DNA of 64,000 nucleotides, taken from the NCBI GenBank assembly GCA_964384105.1, contig CAYLJV010000001.1, positions 448,001 through 512,000 of the forward strand, given 5' to 3'. The DNA is from Candidatus Hadarchaeota archaeon (lineage in GTDB: Archaea > Hadarchaeota > Hadarchaeia > Hadarchaeales > JAGGTB01). Numbering within the stretch: the first letter of the stretch is position 1; each line of letters opens with the position of its first letter. The notes under the pieces were generated by a model. The model saw only the letters and a list, made by a program, of their open reading frames with translations, was not told the DNA's origin and did no database searches. A program made the translations under genes and the position numbers. Shown piece after piece: positions 29,106-39,446 of the stretch.

Positions 29106-30881
29106 ATGGATAGCGAAAAGATCATCGAACAATCACCTTTACCAACTTTCGTTATAGATTCGAATGGTTTTGTTGAAATTGTTAACAAGGCTTTTCTCGA
29201 AGCGTATGGGGTTTTTGATAGAGAGGAGATTATTGGAACAAACGCTTTGACTCAACCTGCCAATATTCGGCAAGGTGTGGTAAAGTATATGGAGAACGCT
29301 TTGAAGGGTAAGGTTATTGAGACACCCGAAATAGACTTTGTCACCCCTCACGGAGTGAGAAGGGTCACAAAGAGCAGGTTATTTCCAATATTTGACGAAA
29401 ACAAAAAATTGACACATGTTGTCGTAATGCACGAAGATATTACCGATCGCAAACGTGCAGAGGAAGAACAGATCAGAGCCAAAAAAGAAGCTGCTGCTCT
29501 CAAAGAGAGGGCAGAGATTATTGAAGCCATTCCTGAAGTTATTTTCATACTCGATCGGGATATTAACCTGGTTGATTTTAATGATATGTTGGTAGAAAGA
29601 ACTGGTTTTTCTCCTGAAGAAGTGAAGGGATCACCTGTTTTCGAGTTTATCGTTGAAGATGATAGAGAAATGGTGTCCGAAGGAATAGAAAAGGCTATTG
29701 AAAAGGGGTGGGCTGCATGGGAAGGGAGTTTAATTACCAAAAAAGGAGAAACGATTCCCCATTCTTGGTCCGTTTCTTCGATTAAGGATGATGAAAATAA
29801 TCTTCTCAGAATAGTTGGTATTGGGAAAGATATTACAGTGCGGAAGGGGGTTGAGGAAGAACTTCGAAAGAGTAGGGAGCGGTATCGTACACTTATGGAG
29901 ACTGCTGATGAGATAATTTTGGCGCATGATGTGGGTGAGGGAGGTATCACCTATGCAAACAATGGGGCAGCGAGACAATTGGGCTACGAGGTTGAAGAGC
30001 TTCTTGGAATGAATCTTTATGACTTGATTCAGGAAGATGAAGTCTTTAAAATTAAAGAAATAGAGAAGAGAAGAAAAGATGGTGATTCGTCGGTTTATAA
30101 GGTGGAAACTAAGGCCATAAGGAAGGATAGAACTGTTTTTCCTGTGAAAGCGAGTTCTAAACCGGTTTCATTCACAAGCTCCGGAAAGCCTAAAGAGATC
30201 CTGATAATAGCAAGGAACATTTCTGAAAGGAAAAGAGCAGAAGAAAGGGAAGAGTTTCTCCATTCACTATTACGACATGATGTGAGGAACAAGGCTCAGA
30301 TTGCGAGGGGGTATTTTGAACTTTTGGAGGAGGAGAACCTTCCAAAAAGGGCTGAAGATTATTTCGAGAAGACGAAAAAGGCTTGTGATGAGGCTATCGA
30401 GATTATAGAAAAGGTGAGGAAGTTAAGGGAAATAAAGAAAGAGTCAGAGTTTGGTGTGATTGAGCTTCGGTCAATTATTGGGGAGGTGATTGATGAACAT
30501 GGAGATCAACTTAGTGAGAAATGTATTGAATTGAATTGTGAGAATTATAGTCAGAGTGTCAAGGGAGGGCCTTTGTTAGAAGAGCTTTTCTCAAACCTTC
30601 TAGAGAATGCGATTAGGCATTCAGACTGTGATAAGATTCGAATTTACTGTGATGAACGGGAAGATGAGTGTATTGTTACTGTTGAGGATAATGGTTGTGG
30701 GATTTCAGAAGAAGATAGAGACAAGGTCTTCGAAAGAGGATTCAAAAAAGGGGACGCTGGAGGTTCCGGAATTGGTTTGTATTTAGTCAAAGAAATCGCA
30801 AAAGGTTACGATAGTAGCATTGAGGTCAAAGACTCTGAACTAGGTGGAGCTAGGTTCGACATTCATTTGAAGAAGGCTTAG
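29106..30881 (+). CDS. PAS-domain sensor histidine kinase (three PAS/PAC repeats)
   Basis: DITDRKRAEE-type PAC ends, RHDVRN H-box, NLLENAIRH, DNGCG, GSGIGL. No adjacent response regulator. Confidence 0.92.
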   Translation: MDSEKIIEQSPLPTFVIDSNGFVEIVNKAFLEAYGVFDREEIIGTNALTQPANIRQGVVKYMENALKGKVIETPEIDFVTPHGVRRVTKSRLFPIFDENKKLTHVVVMHEDITDRKRAEEEQIRAKKEAAALKERAEIIEAIPEVIFILDRDINLVDFNDMLVERTGFSPEEVKGSPVFEFIVEDDREMVSEGIEKAIEKGWAAWEGSLITKKGETIPHSWSVSSIKDDENNLLRIVGIGKDITVRKGVEEELRKSRERYRTLMETADEIILAHDVGEGGITYANNGAARQLGYEVEELLGMNLYDLIQEDEVFKIKEIEKRRKDGDSSVYKVETKAIRKDRTVFPVKASSKPVSFTSSGKPKEILIIARNISERKRAEEREEFLHSLLRHDVRNKAQIARGYFELLEEENLPKRAEDYFEKTKKACDEAIEIIEKVRKLREIKKESEFGVIELRSIIGEVIDEHGDQLSEKCIELNCENYSQSVKGGPLLEELFSNLLENAIRHSDCDKIRIYCDEREDECIVTVEDNGCGISEEDRDKVFERGFKKGDAGGSGIGLYLVKEIAKGYDSSIEVKDSELGGARFDIHLKKA

Positions 30882-31051
30882 CTTAGAATAATATGCGAGA
30901 TGCTTAGAGAGTGAAACAAAATATCCTGGGTAAATTAGATTCGAAAATAAGATGGAATCAGGACTCTTATTCGCTAAAGAATTTTCTTTAAATATTTTAT
31001 AATCTGCTTTTTTTCATTTTCAAAGAAAGACTATTTATCAAAGTTTTATAA

Positions 31052-31125
<74 letters not shown>

Positions 31126-31305
31126 GTTAATCGTTACGAAGTTTCTTTTCGTATTTAGGATTTAAAAATTCGACCTGGTTTATAAGCCAGAATTCGAAGT
31201 AAAGTGATGAAATATCTGTTTAAATCCGTTGTCTCTACGGAGTTGCTAGTGTATTTTTATTAACTACCTAGTTTATTGACGAATTGGGTTAAATAGGAGG
31301 TTAAA

Positions 31306-32235
31306 TTGACGGAGAAAGTTATTGAGGTCAGGAACTTAACAAAAAAATACGATGGACTGACCGCTGTGGACCGTGTTTCCTTTGACGTTCTTAAGGGTGA
31401 GGTTTTCTCTCTTGTAGGTCCTAACGGCGCAGGTAAAACTACTACCGTAGAGATTTTGGAGTGCCTCAGGAAACCTACTGAGGGAAGTGCGAAAGTTTTC
31501 GGGTATGATGTATTGGATGAGGAAGAGAAAATTAAGAAAAGAATAGGGGTAGTCCCTCAGGAGTTTAACACTTTCGACCGTTTGACTGTTGAAGAAAACG
31601 TCAGTTTGATTGCGAAAATTTATGGTAAAAAAGAGAACGTCGAACGTTCTCTCGAGATTCTTGGTTTGGTTGATGATAAGACCAAGCAGTTCGGTGATCT
31701 TTCCGGTGGGATGAAGAGAAGAGTTGGCATCGCCATGGCCCTTGCGGGTGATCCGGAACTTTTGTTCCTTGATGAACCGACGACCGGTTTGGACCCTCAG
31801 GCCCGAAGGGAACTCTGGGGAACTATAAAGGGGTTGAAGAAGACGGGTGTTACTGTTTTTCTCACGACTCATTACATGGAGGAGGTAGAGGAGCTCAGTG
31901 ATCGTGCCTCTATCATTCTGGAGGGGAAGGTACTCTCTACGGACACTATTGATAAACTTATTTCAAAATTTGGCGGCAAGATCAAGATAGTGGTAAAGGA
32001 CGGGGAGGATACTCGGGAGCTTCTGGAGGATTTTGCCGAAGAGGTGTTTCTGGATGAGAGCGAGAATCTCATAGGTATTTTTGATAGCAGGAAAAAGGCC
32101 GCGGAGGCAAACCTGTCTCTCTATACTAAATTCTCGGAGGACCTGAAGGTGGATATGGTGGAGCCGTCCATGGAAGACGTGTTCCTCCATGTGGCCGGTG
32201 GTAGATTGGATGAGAGTGGTGAGTTGGTAGAATGA
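31306..32235 (+). CDS. ABC transporter ATP-binding protein (DrrA-like exporter)
   Basis: GPNGAGKTT, LSGGMKRR, FLDEPTTGLD, TTHYMEE. Confidence 0.95.
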   Translation: MTEKVIEVRNLTKKYDGLTAVDRVSFDVLKGEVFSLVGPNGAGKTTTVEILECLRKPTEGSAKVFGYDVLDEEEKIKKRIGVVPQEFNTFDRLTVEENVSLIAKIYGKKENVERSLEILGLVDDKTKQFGDLSGGMKRRVGIAMALAGDPELLFLDEPTTGLDPQARRELWGTIKGLKKTGVTVFLTTHYMEEVEELSDRASIILEGKVLSTDTIDKLISKFGGKIKIVVKDGEDTRELLEDFAEEVFLDESENLIGIFDSRKKAAEANLSLYTKFSEDLKVDMVEPSMEDVFLHVAGGRLDESGELVE

Positions 32236-33485
32236 GGGGAAGTTTCACGGTATTTGCCGCAGTTTTAAAGAACTGGTTCAGGAGTAAGAGCGGAGTTTTC
32301 TTTTCCTTCCTCTTTCCTTTGATGCTGTTGTTAATTTTCGGTACGATATTTGGGGGAACTGGAGATCAAAGTTACTCTCTGACTGTTCAGAACAACGACC
32401 TGGTGGACGGCCAACCCACTGAGCTCTCTAGTAATTTTGTGGAGACGTTAAATTCCGTTGGAGCACTTAATGTAGATACTATCTCTTCAGGCATAGATCT
32501 GGATAAATATGCCGGGGAGGATCCGTCCTTTGAGACCAGAAGGATTCTAGTGATTCCCGAGGGTTTTCAGAAGAGGGCGATGGAGAGGAATATCTATGTT
32601 AGAACGGGGGTAATCCTCGACACGTTGGACTACTTTGTAGATAACTATTCTCAATGGGTTGGAGAGAAAAACCTGGAGTCGATGGAGCAGGGGATCTACG
32701 CACTTAGGTCCTTCAGGGAAAATATGAGTATCGAGAATGTTGGAGTAGTCCTTTTGACCAGTCAGGGTGACACCTCAGCAGGTATAGTTCAAAGTATAGT
32801 TTCCAGCGTAACTAACGCCTTTAATGATCGGATTATCGGTGCAGAGTCGGTCGTAACTATCGACACGGGGGAGATCGTCCAGAGGGAGTTGGACCCGGTC
32901 GACTACTATCTACCGGGTTATATTGCGGCTTTCATTATGACAAATGGGATTATCGGAGTGACGACTAATTTTTCTGAGTTCAGGAGGAACGGGGTTATCA
33001 AGAGGTTGGCTGCAACTCCGCTAGGGAAGGGTTCCTGGATAATGGGTAACCTTCTGCACCAGGCCTTGTTGGCGTTTATATTGATGGTCGTGATGATCGG
33101 GGCGGGTTGGGCCATCTTCGGAGTTCAGGCTATCCCCGGAGTGTTCGCGCTTTCACTCATCTTTCTGGGGGCTGTAGTTTTCAGTAGCATCGGAATTGTT
33201 CTCGGTGGTATGATAAAGGACACTGAGGCGGCCAGTGCCGCGGGCAATGCAATCGGTTTTCCAATGATGTTTCTCTCGGGAGCATTCTGGCCGGTGGAGA
33301 TGATGCCTAGTTTCATGCAGTCTGTCGCCAAGGCTATGCCCCTTTACTACTTCCACGAGGGTTTGAGGGAATTAATGATCTACGATAGTCCGAGCGGTGC
33401 TTTGTTCTCTTTCATACTCTATGGTTCACTCGCCGTAGTCTTCGTCCTTCTCGCGATAAAAGTAACTAAGTGGAAGGAATTTTAA
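32232..33485 (+). CDS. ABC-2 type transporter permease
   Basis: N-terminal TM helix, large extracellular loop, RLAATP, FLSGAFWP. Confidence 0.92.
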   Translation: MRGSFTVFAAVLKNWFRSKSGVFFSFLFPLMLLLIFGTIFGGTGDQSYSLTVQNNDLVDGQPTELSSNFVETLNSVGALNVDTISSGIDLDKYAGEDPSFETRRILVIPEGFQKRAMERNIYVRTGVILDTLDYFVDNYSQWVGEKNLESMEQGIYALRSFRENMSIENVGVVLLTSQGDTSAGIVQSIVSSVTNAFNDRIIGAESVVTIDTGEIVQRELDPVDYYLPGYIAAFIMTNGIIGVTTNFSEFRRNGVIKRLAATPLGKGSWIMGNLLHQALLAFILMVVMIGAGWAIFGVQAIPGVFALSLIFLGAVVFSSIGIVLGGMIKDTEAASAAGNAIGFPMMFLSGAFWPVEMMPSFMQSVAKAMPLYYFHEGLRELMIYDSPSGALFSFILYGSLAVVFVLLAIKVTKWKEF

Positions 33486-33549
33486 TCTTTATCAGGTAAT
33501 GAGAGATTCGGTTAAAAGTTTTTATTAGATCTGTTTAGGACCTCAGATC

Positions 33550-34179
33550 TTATTCTCTTTTGAGCCAAGAGACACCTAGATAAACGAATGGGGTATCAAA
33601 CAGAGCAACTACGATTTTTAGTATCCAGTAGGGTATTATTAGCGCAAAAATGTAGGAAACTGTAAATTTTGGTGATATTCCGTAGAATGCTATGAACATG
33701 AATATTGTGGTGTCTAGAAATTGGCTTGTTATTGTGGATAGGTTGTTTCTTAGCCACAAAAATCTGCCGTGAGTTTTTTCTTTCCAGAAATTAAAAGCCC
33801 AAACGTCATGAAATTGGCTTATAGAGAAGGCGGTTATGCTGGCCACGAAGATTCTCAAACTGATGCCGAAAATTTGAGTGTATTCTTCTTGCACGAGACT
33901 TCTTTCTGCGAATGGAAGAGATACCGAGAGGGATGTCAGCAGTAAAACGAATATTAGGGAAATCAAACCTGTGGTTACCAATTGTTTTGTTTTTTCTTTT
34001 CCGTGTACCTCTTCGATTACATCTGTTATCAAGAAAGTTATTGGAAAAGCGAATATACCTACGGAAAATTCGATAAACCATAATTTTGCGATTTTTGTTC
34101 CTAGCAAATTGGCTGCGATCAAGGCGGCTATAAAAAGACCTTGCAGTAGACTGGTTTTTTTCTCTTTGTTAAATTTCAT
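33550..34179 (-). CDS. Queuosine/archaeosine precursor (preQ0) transporter, YhhQ/Vut_1 family
   Basis: FPITFLITDVIEEVHG, SQFHDV, LWLRNNLST..SQFLDT..F..IAF, DTPFVY. Confidence 0.9.
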   Translation of the reverse strand: MKFNKEKKTSLLQGLFIAALIAANLLGTKIAKLWFIEFSVGIFAFPITFLITDVIEEVHGKEKTKQLVTTGLISLIFVLLLTSLSVSLPFAERSLVQEEYTQIFGISLRIFVASITAFSISQFHDVWAFNFWKEKTHGRFLWLRNNLSTITSQFLDTTIFMFIAFYGISPKFTVSYIFALIIPYWILKIVVALFDTPFVYLGVSWLKRE

Positions 34180-34283
34180 ACAACAACAAGAAAATCCATA
34201 GACTTATTAATTTTCCTGAAACAACTCTAAGTCCTGGGTTTAAGAAAAAATATTAGTTCAAAAAGAAATAATAGATAAAGGAG

Positions 34284-34565
34284 GTGAAAAGAATCCTATT
34301 TAGAAAGGATTTCGCATTTATTCAGGCGATAGTAGGTGTTATCCTGATTTTTATCCCTATTGCCACGCTTCTTACTATCTCTAAAGATCAAATGACCTTT
34401 TATCAGGCGAGGGCTTTCTTCACACTGGTTAGTATAGCCTGCGGAGGAGTGGGAGTGTTCCTGATTATGAATGGCTACTACAAGCTTCTCAATAAGTTTA
34501 AAGAATTCGAAGCTTCGGATTTGGAGGAAATCAGAAAAAAAGCACCCTCTTCTGAGTCCGATTAA
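34284..34565 (+). CDS. Hypothetical two-TM membrane protein
   Basis: ORF with AGGAGG upstream and two hydrophobic segments. Confidence 0.65.
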   Translation: MKRILFRKDFAFIQAIVGVILIFIPIATLLTISKDQMTFYQARAFFTLVSIACGGVGVFLIMNGYYKLLNKFKEFEASDLEEIRKKAPSSESD

Positions 34566-34881
34566 TCGGACCTTAGTTTGAGTTCCGGGAGCTTTTAATT
34601 TTCCCCCTTCTTAAGGCTCTAGTCTTATAATTCTTTAAATAAACTCTATTTTCGCAAAGGCTATTTAATTACCCTTTGTGAACTTTTCTAGGCTTTATGG
34701 ATTCCTAAAACTCCGGAAGAAGCTTTTATGTTGTCTTTTTAGTTCTTTAGGTAAACGGTCGTTGGAGATTCTTTAAATATGCCGTTCTTTATCTGGTTAC
34801 CCATGACTGCAAGTGAATGGAGTTAGATTTCAAAAAGTCCAAACACGGATTTCAGTCTCAAAAATCAAGTCAGGAGGTGAA

Positions 34882-35895
34882 ATGAAAATGTTGAATTTAG
34901 GACAAACAGGGATAGCATCAGTAGCGGCAGTGATGGTTTTAGTTGCGGTAGCTGGTGGAGCCGTTGGAACTCCGGTGGCGATGGACTCCTTAGCGGATCA
35001 ACAACCTGATAGTCCGTTGTATGCGCTTGAGAGGCTCGGAGAACGTATAAAAGAGGCAACTTACGCAGGAGGATCTGACTGGAACTTAGATAGGGCGAGA
35101 GAGCGGATAGAAGAGTATCGGCAGGTTTCTGGGAAGGAAGTATCCAACAATCATATTGGTTTGCTTGAAGATGCAGGAAATAATCTAACTACGGCTTCTA
35201 GAAAGGCTGGAGGTGTAGCTGGCTTGGAAAGAGTACAGCAAGCTACTAGAAATCATATAAGAGTTTTAGAAAATTTGAAGGAAGAAGTTTCGGATTCCGC
35301 CAGACCCGCAGTAGAAAGAGCATTGATACACAGCAGATATCAGGAAAGAGTTCTCGAAAACGTTTCAGAGAGGTTAAGAGCGGGTATTCTATCTCCAAGG
35401 TCTCTTAAAGGAGAGTTGGAGAACAGAGACTTCACTCTCGAGGATATTAGAGATCTTCTAGAAAATAAAGGGGTTTCACTGGAAACACTAGAAGAAATCA
35501 TGGAGAATCGAGATATTCCTCTCGAAAACTTGAGTGATTTTCTGAAAGGGAAGAGAGTATCACCTTTGATACTTTGGCAAGTTTTGGATAGAGAGTTCGA
35601 AAATGTGGACAGTGAAGATATTGAAGAGTTAATTCAAAGAATCGAGAATAGACTGGGTAACCTTTGTGACGGAGATGAATTAACTGAGAGAGTAAGAGAG
35701 AGATTGGAGCAGAGATTGGAACAGTCTCAAGGAATAACCGAAAGAATCAGAGATCGACTTACGAATCTTGGTGACCTCGATAAAAAGGTACGCGAGAGAC
35801 TTGAGAATGAACTGAGAGAGATGGAAGGTAGAGAGAGGAGGATCAGAGAAATGCTAGAAAAGAGATTTGAGAACAAGGATGCTAAAGGTTCATAG
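34882..35895 (+). CDS. Membrane-anchored or secreted helical protein (DUF5667-like N-domain, 14-aa repeats, charged coiled-coil tail)
   Basis: GGAGGTGA SD before ATG 34882, hydrophobic N-terminus, PDSPLYALERLGE motif, E/R-rich C-terminus. Confidence 0.7.
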   Translation: MKMLNLGQTGIASVAAVMVLVAVAGGAVGTPVAMDSLADQQPDSPLYALERLGERIKEATYAGGSDWNLDRARERIEEYRQVSGKEVSNNHIGLLEDAGNNLTTASRKAGGVAGLERVQQATRNHIRVLENLKEEVSDSARPAVERALIHSRYQERVLENVSERLRAGILSPRSLKGELENRDFTLEDIRDLLENKGVSLETLEEIMENRDIPLENLSDFLKGKRVSPLILWQVLDREFENVDSEDIEELIQRIENRLGNLCDGDELTERVRERLEQRLEQSQGITERIRDRLTNLGDLDKKVRERLENELREMEGRERRIREMLEKRFENKDAKGS

Positions 35896-36272
35896 AAAGC
35901 TTAAAATTCGGGTTAAAGACTGCTGCGATACTTTTTTTCAAATATTTTTTATTTTCTAACTCAGGTAAGTGGTTTAAATTTCGGCAGGTGAGGATCTTGT
36001 TTCTGGCTGAAAGTGCATGGAGGACTTCGCCAATTGTTTCGGCAGAAAATTCATCAATGTAAATGGCTACTCGATGAGGTTACTTATGGGATTTAATCTC
36101 AAGTTCTGCTGAAAGAGGGATCTTTTCCGAAGCCTTTTTTGAAGTGTTTACCAGCAGTCTTATGTGTTAAACATGAATTCATGGTAGAAACGCAAACTCC
36201 AAATTACATAAAAATGAGCGGGAGATAGGCTATGAAACTTTATACTCTATCTTAAACTCATAATGGAATCGT

Positions 36273-36644
36273 ATGAAGTGGAAACAAATAGTTGCGATAA
36301 TAGCAGGTTTCATCATAGGCCTTATGATTCTATACGGTTTTGCGGAGTTAGATTTAGGACAAAGTAGAGTTGTGGTTGATAGGACTGTAAGTATAGGAAA
36401 TAATCATACTTTTAATTACGATTTAGACGCTGGGAGATACGCTATAGAGGTTAGCTCTGACGAATATGTAGTGATAAGGTTTGGTGGAGGAGGAGTAGAT
36501 AAGGCTATGAATACTAGCCAAAGCGTCAAACACTATAATCGAACGGTAATTGTCACTGATCCTAGTGTAATGGAGATCCATAATCCACCTGAGATTCTAG
36601 ATAACGATACAGCTACTGTAAATTTGAAAATTCTTAGAGAGTAA
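36273..36644 (+). CDS. Hypothetical protein with N-terminal TM anchor and beta-rich domain
   Basis: 123-aa ORF with a signal-anchor segment and an upstream TTTATA box. Confidence 0.65.
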   Translation: MKWKQIVAIIAGFIIGLMILYGFAELDLGQSRVVVDRTVSIGNNHTFNYDLDAGRYAIEVSSDEYVVIRFGGGGVDKAMNTSQSVKHYNRTVIVTDPSVMEIHNPPEILDNDTATVNLKILRE

Positions 36645-36875
36645 TCTACTCAGTTTAAAAGTAGTAGATTTAACGTTTATTTGGTTCGAAAGGTTGTTAT
36701 CCCTCGTTTCTAGTTTTAGTACTTTTTCCGAAGTTGCTATAGATCTATCTTTTCGATGAAATTCCTAAAGAGCACTGTATAATCTGTGGATAGTAGCGAA
36801 GTTGGATTTTCTGTTGATTTAAGAGTTTAAAAAAGGATGTAATGGAATTAATAACTTAAGATTTGATTATTTTAT

Positions 36876-36946
36876 GATGTCGATGAAGAGGGATTGTTTC
36901 CTGACTTTCGTTTTGAATGATGTCATAAAAAGGCCTCTGAGACATC
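36876..36946 (+). ncRNA. Box C/D guide sRNA, target unassigned
   Basis: GATGTC-G-ATGAAGA(C)-GGGATTGTTTC-CTGA(D')-CTTTCGTTTTGA-ATGATGT(C')-CATAAAAAGGCCT-CTGA(D)-GACATC, then TTTT. Same architecture as 8706-8774. Confidence 0.75.
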
Positions 36947-37053
36947 TTTTGTGATTTATTTTTTATTCACGGATTTATTTTCAGAATATAGTTCAGTACT
37001 GTTACTAATAGTACTAAATAATATTTTATAAGCGGGGCAAAGGGGAGATAAAT

Positions 37054-37440
37054 TTGATTGATTTGAGCATATATACGTCTAATAGCTCATCTGAATTATG
37101 TCAGAAAGACTACCCTATAGTTTGGATTGAGAAAAAATATTATGGTGACAATGAGGATTTAAAGCAGGATATTAGAGACTTATCTCGTGAGGTTGGATTT
37201 AAAATAACAAAAATAGTCACTCATAAATCTCCTGACAATAGTCGGAATGAGATAGTTAAAGCTTATACTAAAACATATCGAGAAATTCCTTTTTCTATGA
37301 AAAAAGTCGTAAAAAAATGGTTGATGAAAATTTCATGGTCCAAATATATAGTCGATGTTAGTATCAAGATAAGTGAAATTTCGGAAATTAATGAACCAGG
37401 TAAAAATCCAAAAAAACTTGAAGGCAGTGTTTATTCTTAG
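37054..37440 (+). CDS. Hypothetical protein
   Basis: 128-aa ORF with GGGGAG upstream and no recognised motif. Confidence 0.5.
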   Translation: MIDLSIYTSNSSSELCQKDYPIVWIEKKYYGDNEDLKQDIRDLSREVGFKITKIVTHKSPDNSRNEIVKAYTKTYREIPFSMKKVVKKWLMKISWSKYIVDVSIKISEISEINEPGKNPKKLEGSVYS

Positions 37441-37462
37441 AGGATGGATAATCTCTGAGAGT

Positions 37463-38038
37463 TTAAAATGGATATTGGTCTGCTTGTAGCGATTCTCTGA
37501 TTTTACCTTCTATGATTTTAGCATACATTTCCATTTCAATAGTTCTTATGTCTCCCATTATGTAAACTAAAATATTTGAATTTCTGAAGAGAATATTTCT
37601 TGAATCTCTTCCTCTTTCTAAGGAGCGGCTTTCTCTGCCTATTTTAATCACTGGCACCTCTTCGATTCTATGGGGGTATAATGTGGTAATCGAGTCAAAA
37701 GCTACCTTAGCTCCTATAACGTCTTCAAATCTAGAGACTAGTACATAGAATTTACTTTCCTCTTTTTCGCTACTATGATAATGAACGATTGACCCGGTCT
37801 CATATCTCCACGTTTTGACTTTCTCAAGATCAGGCCCCATGATTGCGGAGAATTGATAAGTTGGAACGGAAGATTGGGACGTTATTTCAAAGTCCTGTCT
37901 TATTTCTCGTTCGGTTAGAGTAAATTCGATAGGCTCTGTTTCTATAGCTTCTTCGCGTGGAGGGGTTTGAAAGTAATATGCCAGTGATAGCCCGCTGATT
38001 AGTATTGCTATACCAAGCGCTAGAAAGACTTTAACCAT
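37463..38038 (-). CDS. Hypothetical membrane-anchored protein
   Basis: 191-aa ORF with an N-terminal TM segment and GGGGG SD. Confidence 0.65.
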   Translation of the reverse strand: MVKVFLALGIAILISGLSLAYYFQTPPREEAIETEPIEFTLTEREIRQDFEITSQSSVPTYQFSAIMGPDLEKVKTWRYETGSIVHYHSSEKEESKFYVLVSRFEDVIGAKVAFDSITTLYPHRIEEVPVIKIGRESRSLERGRDSRNILFRNSNILVYIMGDIRTIEMEMYAKIIEGKIRESLQADQYPF

Positions 38039-38116
38039 GTTTCTAACCCCCTTGTCAAAATTCTAATTCTGGATGATTTTTTATGAGTTCTCCCAACTCT
38101 ATTTGTTTTTTCTTTG

Positions 38117-38602
38117 TTATCTTTCATAAAGCGAGTTTAACCCCCTCATGAATTTTTTTCTGAAACGGAAGAAGAGAGCAATCAAGAGACTAGCTGAGAA
38201 GACTATGGAGGTTACTCCAGTCCAGTAGCTATGCATGTAGCTTATCTCATAGAAATAGGTTACAAAGATATAACTTTCGTTTGGGTTCGATATTTCAAAT
38301 CTATAATCCGCTTCTCTGGATATCGGAATGGTTATATCTACGCTGGATCCCTGAACCCGATAGCTCATTTTTCTGCCTTCTATCTGGATTCGTGCTTCTC
38401 TGTTTTCTAGAGTTGACAGATTTATTTTAACTTGATCTCCTCTCTGGAGGTGTGATTCGAGAATGATTTCGGAGTCGGGATAAAGAACTTCGGTGTCTTC
38501 ATAGCTTTGATTGCTTTGATTAAATGTAGTGTAAATGCCGATAGATAAGAAAGTTGCTATGATTATAATAGTAACAGTAATGATTTTGTTTTCTTCTCCC
38601 AA
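38117..38602 (-). CDS. Hypothetical protein with N- and C-terminal TM helices around a beta-rich domain
   Basis: Hydrophobicity pattern; follows 38609-39304 on the same strand. Confidence 0.65.
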   Translation of the reverse strand: MGEENKIITVTIIIIATFLSIGIYTTFNQSNQSYEDTEVLYPDSEIILESHLQRGDQVKINLSTLENREARIQIEGRKMSYRVQGSSVDITIPISREADYRFEISNPNESYIFVTYFYEISYMHSYWTGVTSIVFSASLLIALFFRFRKKFMRGLNSLYER

Positions 38603-38608
38603 CGAAAC

Positions 38609-39304
38609 TCATCCTCCAGTGATCAGGAATATTCGCCCTATTAGAATTCCGAGATATACGGCAGCGAGAGAGGTCCCGACGATCAGAGTGGTCCGCTTAA
38701 GGACTTTCCAGTTATTCTCCATTTCATTATCTGGTTTTTGGTGATATCCTTCTTCGAATACTAGAATTAGGATAAGATAAGCTACTGTAATTGGGGCGAA
38801 CGGTGTAACAAGAGTTGAAATTACGAAGACTGGAGTTATCCATATAAGAAGCTTTAGATGGTTCTTCATCCATATAATAGGTAGAAATCCTATCATGGAG
38901 AATACTTCTACTTCGGGGGCTTTCCAGTCCCAAATATAGTTTCTTTCTACCCCATAGTGCAGAAGTTGTTCTCCTACCAGATCTTCTACGGATAAATAGG
39001 CTCCTTTTACAATAAAGAATACGGATATTAAGAAAAGATAGTTACGTACATTGCTCTGCTTAAGTTGGTCGCTATAGTACATTCCCAGAATCCCTATTGA
39101 GAGTGCAATATATCCGATGAGTCCATGGTGGATTCCTAGATGGATATCTAAGAACAATGTGTCGAGTAGAATAAATTGACTGGGATTGAGATTTGCTGCT
39201 GCCAAAAAATAGGGAATGTTGAGAAAGGTGATAAAAAGCCACAAACTAGCGAAAAATTTAGGAAAGAATTGTTTCCTGATTTTTTCATCTTTTAAGTTTT
39301 CCAT
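38609..39304 (-). CDS. Hypothetical polytopic membrane protein
   Basis: 231 aa with several TM helices, a His-rich IHLGIHHG segment and a GAGGAGGGG SD. Confidence 0.7.
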   Translation of the reverse strand: MENLKDEKIRKQFFPKFFASLWLFITFLNIPYFLAAANLNPSQFILLDTLFLDIHLGIHHGLIGYIALSIGILGMYYSDQLKQSNVRNYLFLISVFFIVKGAYLSVEDLVGEQLLHYGVERNYIWDWKAPEVEVFSMIGFLPIIWMKNHLKLLIWITPVFVISTLVTPFAPITVAYLILILVFEEGYHQKPDNEMENNWKVLKRTTLIVGTSLAAVYLGILIGRIFLITGG

Positions 39305-39446
39305 AGACCCCTCCTCGGTTTTGATTTATATCCCTCCCTTTCTTATATTGAATTCTTCCTCTTAGAATCTTTTTTTTTAGTATTTTCACCGACTAATTGT
39401 TTTATTAGTAATTATTTAATCTAGAGAGAAAATGGAGGTGTGTTAA

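Noticed and set aside
34556-34571. Perfect 16-bp palindrome GTCCGATTAATCGGAC over a stop codon
   Set aside because: No second copy noticed and no supporting context for a function.
35896-36180. Interrupted protein-like minus-strand reading (KIPLSAELEIKSHK*PHRVAIYIDEF...)
   Set aside because: No recognisable family, so a pseudogene cannot be supported.
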